From: Azolla caroliniana
Lineage: Eukaryota > Plantae > Polypodiophyta
Direction: 5' to 3'
Length of the DNA: 64,000 nucleotides
Assembly: GCA_043228905.1 (NCBI GenBank)
Contig: JBHGNT010000002.1
Span: forward strand, 19,282,001-19,346,000
Shown here: positions 54,401 through 64,000 of the stretch, in pieces
Numbering within the stretch: position 1 is the first letter of the stretch
How the letters are laid out: every line of letters starts with the position of its first letter
Made by a program: the position numbers and the translations under genes
Notes under the pieces: generated by a model
What the model saw: only the letters and a program-made list of their open reading frames with translations
What the model was told of the DNA's origin: nothing
Database searches by the model: none

Positions 54401-57400
54401 TGTGGACCTAGAAGATGTAATAGAATTTGAACATATGCATGGTTCAGCGGAGCAAACAATCAATGCTACAGAGGACAATTTAGAAGAGTCCATTCATCCA
54501 GAAGAGCCCACATTGCCTGACTTGCTTATAGATTGATTTCTATGGTTAGGTGTATTATTTGAACGATATTAAATGATAGACATTGACTTGTGACTATTGT
54601 TTCATTTGAACACAATTAAAACTTAAAGTTTGAGTTTATTTGGCAAAGTGTATAATTTGAATGGTATCAATGTTTTACATGTTCTTCAACCTTTCTTTGG
54701 AAAGTCTGCAAGGGTTTTTATAGATGATTTTGGCCATCAATAGTGCAAAGATGGGTCATCCAGAAACGTTGTGTGCGGATAATCTTTAGTATTTGATTTA
54801 TGTCTAATTTGACTAAGTCTACAATTTTAAGGGTATTAAATGTTTATCTTTGACTTCTACCTTCTAGAGTTATAACACTATTAAGTTTTAAAGTTTGACG
54901 TATTATATGCGATTATATTATAAAATTAGCATCTATGTGATTCTTGGCGTGGGCAACTATTTTTATCTTCGCCACAATTACAGTTCAAATGATTAAAGTT
55001 GCATATAATTCCATTCCGTTAATTTAGAATTTCACAAAAAAAAATGACATATGAAATATAAGGCTATTGATTTTCTTGACATAAAATTATTTAGTTGAAA
55101 TTTTTGCTATGTTTTAAGGAACCATGTACGCATGCGTGGTACCTTTTTGAAATTCTGCTAAAATAAGGCATATTTTAACATCTCCTCAAGATGTGAAAAA
55201 GAGAATGCGACATATTACATGTTTCAAATGTCCCGGTGTTACTAACTAAACATGAATATATATACAAATATATAATATCATATGTACATATGTACATACA
55301 CATACATAAATACATATATACAAATGCATACATGGTACACACATATTATAATAAGCCATATGGGATCTGGGATTGTCCGAATCAAGATCAAGAAGTCGGA
55401 GCGAAGCACATCAATGAAACAGAGAGGTTTCAGATGACTTCGAGAGAGCCAATGGAACCTATAGATGAAGACGCAGGGGACCTTGTGGACCTAGAAGATG
55501 TAATAGAATTTGAACATATGCATGGTTCAGCGGAGCAAACAATCAATGCTACAGAGGACAATTTAGAAGAGTCCATTCATCCAGAAGAGCCCACATTGCC
55601 TGACTTGCTTATAGATTGATTTCTATGGTTAGGTGTATTATTTGAACGATATTAAATGATAGACATTGACTTGTGACTATTGTTTCATTTGAACACAATT
55701 AAAACTTAAAGTTTGAGTTTATTTGGCAAAGTGTATAATTTGAATGGTATCAATGTTTTACATGTTCTTCAACCTTTCTTTGGAAAGTCTGCAAGGGTTT
55801 TTATAGATGATTTTGGCCATCAATAGTGCAAAGATGGGTCATCCAGAAACGTTGTGTGCGGATAATCTTTAGTATTTGATTTATGTCTAATTTGACTAAG
55901 TCTACAATTTTAAGGGTATTAAATGTTTATCTTTGACTTCTACCTTCTAGAGTTATAACACTATTAAGTTTTAAAGTTTGACGTATTATATGCGATTATA
56001 TTATAAAATTAGCATCTATGTGATTCTTGGCGTGGGCAACTATTTTTATCTTCGCCACAATTACAGTTCAAATGATTAAAGTTGCATATAATTCCATTCC
56101 GTTAATTTAGAATTTCACAAAAAAAAATGACATATGAAATATAAGGCTATTGATTTTCTTGACATAAAATTATTTAGTTGAAATTTTTGCTATGTTTTAA
56201 GGAACCATGTACGCATGCGTGGTACCTTTTTGAAATTCTGCTAAAATAAGGCATATTTTAACATCTCCTCAAGATGTGAAAAAGAGAATGCGACATATTA
56301 CATGTTTCAAATGTCCCGGTGTTACTAACTAAACATGAATATATATACAAATATATAATATCATATGTACATATGTACATACACATACATAAATACATAT
56401 ATACAAATGCATACATGGTACACACATATTATAATAAGCCATATGGGATCTGGGATTGTCCGAATCAAGATCAAGAAGTCGGAGCGAAGCACATCAATGA
56501 AACAGAGAGGTTTCAGATGACTTCGAGAGAGCCAATGGAACCTATAGATGAAGACGCAGGGGACCTTGTGGACCTAGAAGATGTAATAGAATTTGAACAT
56601 ATGCATGGTTCAGCGGAGCAAACAATCAATGCTACAGAGGACAATTTAGAAGAGTCCATTCATCCAGAAGAGCCCACATTGCCTGACTTGCTTATAGATT
56701 GATTTCTATGGTTAGGTGTATTATTTGAACGATATTAAATGATAGACATTGACTTGTGACTATTGTTTCATTTGAACACAATTAAAACTTAAAGTTTGAG
56801 TTTATTTGGCAAAGTGTATAATTTGAATGGTATCAATGTTTTACATGTTCTTCAACCTTTCTTTGGAAAGTCTGCAAGGGTTTTTATAGATGATTTTGGC
56901 CATCAATAGTGCAAAGATGGGTCATCCAGAAACGTTGTGTGCGGATAATCTTTAGTATTTGATTTATGTCTAATTTGACTAAGTCTACAATTTTAAGGGT
57001 ATTAAATGTTTATCTTTGACTTCTACCTTCTAGAGTTATAACACTATTAAGTTTTAAAGTTTGACGTATTATATGCGATTATATTATAAAATTAGCATCT
57101 ATGTGATTCTTGGCGTGGGCAACTATTTTTATCTTCGCCACAATTACAGTTCAAATGATTAAAGTTGCATATAATTCCATTCCGTTAATTTAGAATTTCA
57201 CAAAAAAAAATGACATATGAAATATAAGGCTATTGATTTTCTTGACATAAAATTATTTAGTTGAAATTTTTGCTATGTTTTAAGGAACCATGTACGCATG
57301 CGTGGTACCTTTTTGAAATTCTGCTAAAATAAGGCATATTTTAACATCTCCTCAAGATGTGAAAAAGAGAATGCGACATATTACATGTTTCAAATGTCCC

Positions 57401-60400
57401 GGTGTTACTAACTAAACATGAATATATATACAAATATATAATATCATATGTACATATGTACATACACATACATAAATACATATATACAAATGCATACATG
57501 GTACACACATATTATAATAAGCCATATGGGATCTGGGATTGTCCGAATCAAGATCAAGAAGTCGGAGCGAAGCACATCAATGAAACAGAGAGGTTTCAGA
57601 TGACTTCGAGAGAGCCAATGGAACCTATAGATGAAGACGCAGGGGACCTTGTGGACCTAGAAGATGTAATAGAATTTGAACATATGCATGGTTCAGCGGA
57701 GCAAACAATCAATGCTACAGAGGACAATTTAGAAGAGTCCATTCATCCAGAAGAGCCCACATTGCCTGACTTGCTTATAGATTGATTTCTATGGTTAGGT
57801 GTATTATTTGAACGATATTAAATGATAGACATTGACTTGTGACTATTGTTTCATTTGAACACAATTAAAACTTAAAGTTTGAGTTTATTTGGCAAAGTGT
57901 ATAATTTGAATGGTATCAATGTTTTACATGTTCTTCAACCTTTCTTTGGAAAGTCTGCAAGGGTTTTTATAGATGATTTTGGCCATCAATAGTGCAAAGA
58001 TGGGTCATCCAGAAACGTTGTGTGCGGATAATCTTTAGTATTTGATTTATGTCTAATTTGACTAAGTCTACAATTTTAAGGGTATTAAATGTTTATCTTT
58101 GACTTCTACCTTCTAGAGTTATAACACTATTAAGTTTTAAAGTTTGACGTATTATATGCGATTATATTATAAAATTAGCATCTATGTGATTCTTGGCGTG
58201 GGCAACTATTTTTATCTTCGCCACAATTACAGTTCAAATGATTAAAGTTGCATATAATTCCATTCCGTTAATTTAGAATTTCACAAAAAAAAATGACATA
58301 TGAAATATAAGGCTATTGATTTTCTTGACATAAAATTATTTAGTTGAAATTTTTGCTATGTTTTAAGGAACCATGTACGCATGCGTGGTACCTTTTTGAA
58401 ATTCTGCTAAAATAAGGCATATTTTAACATCTCCTCAAGATGTGAAAAAGAGAATGCGACATATTACATGTTTCAAATGTCCCGGTGTTACTAACTAAAC
58501 ATGAATATATATACAAATATATAATATCATATGTACATATGTACATACACATACATAAATACATATATACAAATGCATACATGGTACACACATATTATAA
58601 TAAGCCATATGGGATCTGGGATTGTCCGAATCAAGATCAAGAAGTCGGAGCGAAGCACATCAATGAAACAGAGAGGTTTCAGATGACTTCGAGAGAGCCA
58701 ATGGAACCTATAGATGAAGACGCAGGGGACCTTGTGGACCTAGAAGATGTAATAGAATTTGAACATATGCATGGTTCAGCGGAGCAAACAATCAATGCTA
58801 CAGAGGACAATTTAGAAGAGTCCATTCATCCAGAAGAGCCCACATTGCCTGACTTGCTTATAGATTGATTTCTATGGTTAGGTGTATTATTTGAACGATA
58901 TTAAATGATAGACATTGACTTGTGACTATTGTTTCATTTGAACACAATTAAAACTTAAAGTTTGAGTTTATTTGGCAAAGTGTATAATTTGAATGGTATC
59001 AATGTTTTACATGTTCTTCAACCTTTCTTTGGAAAGTCTGCAAGGGTTTTTATAGATGATTTTGGCCATCAATAGTGCAAAGATGGGTCATCCAGAAACG
59101 TTGTGTGCGGATAATCTTTAGTATTTGATTTATGTCTAATTTGACTAAGTCTACAATTTTAAGGGTATTAAATGTTTATCTTTGACTTCTACCTTCTAGA
59201 GTTATAACACTATTAAGTTTTAAAGTTTGACGTATTATATGCGATTATATTATAAAATTAGCATCTATGTGATTCTTGGCGTGGGCAACTATTTTTATCT
59301 TCGCCACAATTACAGTTCAAATGATTAAAGTTGCATATAATTCCATTCCGTTAATTTAGAATTTCACAAAAAAAAATGACATATGAAATATAAGGCTATT
59401 GATTTTCTTGACATAAAATTATTTAGTTGAAATTTTTGCTATGTTTTAAGGAACCATGTACGCATGCGTGGTACCTTTTTGAAATTCTGCTAAAATAAGG
59501 CATATTTTAACATCTCCTCAAGATGTGAAAAAGAGAATGCGACATATTACATGTTTCAAATGTCCCGGTGTTACTAACTAAACATGAATATATATACAAA
59601 TATATAATATCATATGTACATATGTACATACACATACATAAATACATATATACAAATGCATACATGGTACACACATATTATAATAAGCCATATGGGATCT
59701 GGGATTGTCCGAATCAAGATCAAGAAGTCGGAGCGAAGCACATCAATGAAACAGAGAGGTTTCAGATGACTTCGAGAGAGCCAATGGAACCTATAGATGA
59801 AGACGCAGGGGACCTTGTGGACCTAGAAGATGTAATAGAATTTGAACATATGCATGGTTCAGCGGAGCAAACAATCAATGCTACAGAGGACAATTTAGAA
59901 GAGTCCATTCATCCAGAAGAGCCCACATTGCCTGACTTGCTTATAGATTGATTTCTATGGTTAGGTGTATTATTTGAACGATATTAAATGATAGACATTG
60001 ACTTGTGACTATTGTTTCATTTGAACACAATTAAAACTTAAAGTTTGAGTTTATTTGGCAAAGTGTATAATTTGAATGGTATCAATGTTTTACATGTTCT
60101 TCAACCTTTCTTTGGAAAGTCTGCAAGGGTTTTTATAGATGATTTTGGCCATCAATAGTGCAAAGATGGGTCATCCAGAAACGTTGTGTGCGGATAATCT
60201 TTAGTATTTGATTTATGTCTAATTTGACTAAGTCTACAATTTTAAGGGTATTAAATGTTTATCTTTGACTTCTACCTTCTAGAGTTATAACACTATTAAG
60301 TTTTAAAGTTTGACGTATTATATGCGATTATATTATAAAATTAGCATCTATGTGATTCTTGGCGTGGGCAACTATTTTTATCTTCGCCACAATTACAGTT

Positions 60401-61860
60401 CAAATGATTAAAGTTGCATATAATTCCATTCCGTTAATTTAGAATTTCACAAAAAAAAATGACATATGAAATATAAGGCTATTGATTTTCTTGACATAAA
60501 ATTATTTAGTTGAAATTTTTGCTATGTTTTAAGGAACCATGTACGCATGCGTGGTACCTTTTTGAAATTCTGCTAAAATAAGGCATATTTTAACATCTCC
60601 TCAAGATGTGAAAAAGAGAATGCGACATATTACATGTTTCAAATGTCCCGGTGTTACTAACTAAACATGAATATATATACAAATATATAATATCATATGT
60701 ACATATGTACATACACATACATAAATACATATATACAAATGCATACATGGTACACACATATTATAATAAGCCATATGGGATCTGGGATTGTCCGAATCAA
60801 GATCAAGAAGTCGGAGCGAAGCACATCAATGAAACAGAGAGGTTTCAGATGACTTCGAGAGAGCCAATGGAACCTATAGATGAAGACGCAGGGGACCTTG
60901 TGGACCTAGAAGATGTAATAGAATTTGAACATATGCATGGTTCAGCGGAGCAAACAATCAATGCTACAGAGGACAATTTAGAAGAGTCCATTCATCCAGA
61001 AGAGCCCACATTGCCTGACTTGCTTATAGATTGATTTCTATGGTTAGGTGTATTATTTGAACGATATTAAATGATAGACATTGACTTGTGACTATTGTTT
61101 CATTTGAACACAATTAAAACTTAAAGTTTGAGTTTATTTGGCAAAGTGTATAATTTGAATGGTATCAATGTTTTACATGTTCTTCAACCTTTCTTTGGAA
61201 AGTCTGCAAGGGTTTTTATAGATGATTTTGGCCATCAATAGTGCAAAGATGGGTCATCCAGAAACGTTGTGTGCGGATAATCTTTAGTATTTGATTTATG
61301 TCTAATTTGACTAAGTCTACAATTTTAAGGGTATTAAATGTTTATCTTTGACTTCTACCTTCTAGAGTTATAACACTATTAAGTTTTAAAGTTTGACGTA
61401 TTATATGCGATTATATTATAAAATTAGCATCTATGTGATTCTTGGCGTGGGCAACTATTTTTATCTTCGCCACAATTACAGTTCAAATGATTAAAGTTGC
61501 ATATAATTCCATTCCGTTAATTTAGAATTTCACAAAAAAAAATGACATATGAAATATAAGGCTATTGATTTTCTTGACATAAAATTATTTAGTTGAAATT
61601 TTTGCTATGTTTTAAGGAACCATGTACGCATGCGTGGTACCTTTTTGAAATTCTGCTAAAATAAGGCATATTTTAACATCTCCTCAAGATGTGAAAAAGA
61701 GAATGCGACATATTACATGTTTCAAATGTCCCGGTGTTACTAACTAAACATGAATATATATACAAATATATAATATCATATGTACATATGTACATACACA
61801 TACATAAATACATATATACAAATGCATACATGGTACACACATATTATAATAAGCCATATG
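30455..61860 (+). repeat. Tandem array: resident 1082-bp copy plus 28 copies of a 1083-bp unit (MTase tail + 3' region + right TIR + TSD + flank)
   Basis: Exact 1083-bp period in the ORF track; junction AAGCCATATG|GGATCTGGG; unique flank resumes at 61861. Confidence 0.97.
31378..31414 (-). repeat. Right terminal inverted repeat (first of 29 copies; the last ends at 61738)
   Basis: AATGCGACATATTACATGTTTCAAATGTCCCGGTGTT followed by ACTA. Confidence 0.95.
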
Positions 61861-62169
61861 TATTGACAGTCTACCGACATTAATACATGCATAAAAAAAT
61901 CATATTACATATATACATATGCATTCTTAGAAGACATTAATATATCTTTCTTTCTTTCTTACAAACATATATTGTATATTACATATTACACAAGTATGTA
62001 TATTATTATGGACACAATTATATACAAATATATATATACATACCAAACACAAAAGATATACATACATAAATAAATTACAACTTATATATGCACATACACA
62101 TACACATAAATACGTACAATTACATATTATATGTATTACAAATCTACATACATACAATAAATAAGGTCC

Positions 62170-62204
<35 letters not shown>

Positions 62205-63685
62205 TAAATAAATTACATACTACATATCATATAATCCATACATATTACACAATAGACAAATTTACATACACATACATACATTACATATATATTACATATG
62301 TACATACATATTCCACATATTGCCATATATATATATTATATATAGGTTATATGGGACCATACAACCTACAATACTTACATACATACATACATATATACAC
62401 ACACATCGGATATATGAGTGCATATAACGTACATATTACAAATGTATATCCATATACGATCCATACACATACTAAAAATGAAAATATCCTAAAAATATAC
62501 ATACATGAATACATTACATATATACACATACGTACATTCATACATATACATACATATATTCATTCATTCATAATTGCGACACATATATACGTACATATGC
62601 CTACCATTTAAATATACAAATTTTACAAACATACATCCAAACACATACGTATTACATTATATATGTATATTACATACACATACATACATTACATATGTAC
62701 ATACATATCACCACATATACAAACATAGACACACACATGGTCATACACACTATAATAATACATATATACATCGGCATACATACATATTATACACATATTA
62801 TAAACACACATCCAGACACATTAAATCATGTACATTGACACGTGCATATATGCATACAGATACATACATACATATTCCACATATCACCATATATATATAT
62901 ATATATATATTATACATACATATGTACATACATACATGCATGCCTGCACACTTACACATTAGATATATGTATACTTACACATACCTTGGATATATGCATG
63001 CATATTATGTGCATATTTCAAACATGCATCCACATATGAGCCATACACATACTAAACACGAAAATACCCCAAAAATATACATACATAAATACATTACATA
63101 TTACATATATACACATATGTGCATTCATACATGGACATACATATATTCATTCATACATTGCTACATGTATATACGTACACACGCCTACAATGATACATGA
63201 ATAAATGTTATCAATTTACATCCATACATGTACATACATACATGCATACATACATACTATACAATGTGTACATACATACACACATACATACATGTATATG
63301 TGTATGTGTATGTGTATATGTGTGTATATATGTATGTGGTGTGTGTCGTATGTGTGTGTGTATGTATTGTATTGTATGGATGAATACACACACACACATA
63401 ACACATATACACATACACACGTGCCAAACATAGAATATATACATATGCACATGTAAAGAACACACACACACACACACATGCCATACATACAACACATGCA
63501 ATACAATACATACATATGTACATCAATAGAAAATACACACACACACACACATACATAGAGGCATTATATATATACAATACATAATACATACATACATATG
63601 TAGAAATAAAGAACACACACACATGTATAGAACATACACACACATATAACACATACATGCGTACACACTTGTGATACACACATAG
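61861..63685. repeat. TA/CA-rich low-complexity tract (host site of the transposon)
   Basis: CATACATA/TACACA-type repeats; the same composition lies left of the element at about 22575-22656. Confidence 0.9.
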
Positions 63686-63775
63686 AGGATAATCTCCAAG
63701 ATATGATCTTAGCAAACCTAGTGGAAGCTTAAAATGCATTGGTTGGGCCACTAAAGAGGCACGATATATGCTGAA

Positions 63776-64000
63776 ATGAATCCTAGCTTGCTAACATGGA
63801 ATATACAAGGAATTGGTGGCAGCCAATTCCACATGAGGAAGAATGTATTAGCTGCTGAAATTCAGCGATGCACTGAGGCAATAGTGCCTGATGTTATAAT
63901 GGTGCAAGAGCATCATCTAGATGGGGATAAGATCGAGAAAATTGGAAACATCTGCTCTGGGAGTTGGACCAATACATGTTCGGCAGCTACGGGGGACAGA
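63776..64000 (+). mobile_element. Start of a LINE ORF2 (APE endonuclease N-terminus), running off the window
   Basis: MNPSLLTWNIQGIGG...PDVIMVQEHHL; ATGA overlap with an upstream ORF1-like stop. Not in the ORF track. Confidence 0.8.

Noticed and set aside
31410-61034. Repeated 127-aa ORF as a tandem gene family
   Set aside because: It is a chimera: GTG start inside the TIR, low-complexity flank, then the acidic MTase tail joined at the repeat junction. Three units carry a stop.
61927-63751. His/Tyr/Ile/Cys-rich ORFs
   Set aside because: Translation artefacts of TA/CA low-complexity DNA.

Overview
Eukaryotic, almost certainly land-plant, transposon-rich DNA with no ordinary host gene; the plant assignment rests on an Arabidopsis-type telomere motif, a tRNA-iMet PBS and GT-AG introns. 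1-22.6 kb is a nest of decayed retroelements: three L1/Tx1-like LINEs, a solo LTR, a non-autonomous LTR element and a Ty1/Copia fragment, plus a deleted DNA-transposon copy. The main feature is an 8.76-kb DNA transposon (22657-31414) with 37-bp TIRs, a 4-bp ACTA TSD and a Sola1-like DDD transposase. Divergently from the transposase it carries a six-exon gene encoding a ParB/Srx-like domain fused to a bacterial-type beta-class N6-adenine/N4-cytosine DNA methyltransferase; the ORF track shows this gene only in fragments. Its first intron holds about 17 copies of a 23-bp palindrome. The element's right end plus 122 bp of flank is amplified into 28 extra near-identical 1083-bp tandem units (31537-61860). 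A TA/CA low-complexity tract and the start of another LINE follow. Both transposon genes are disabled in this copy by a few point lesions. All domain calls are by-eye motif recognition, not database searches.
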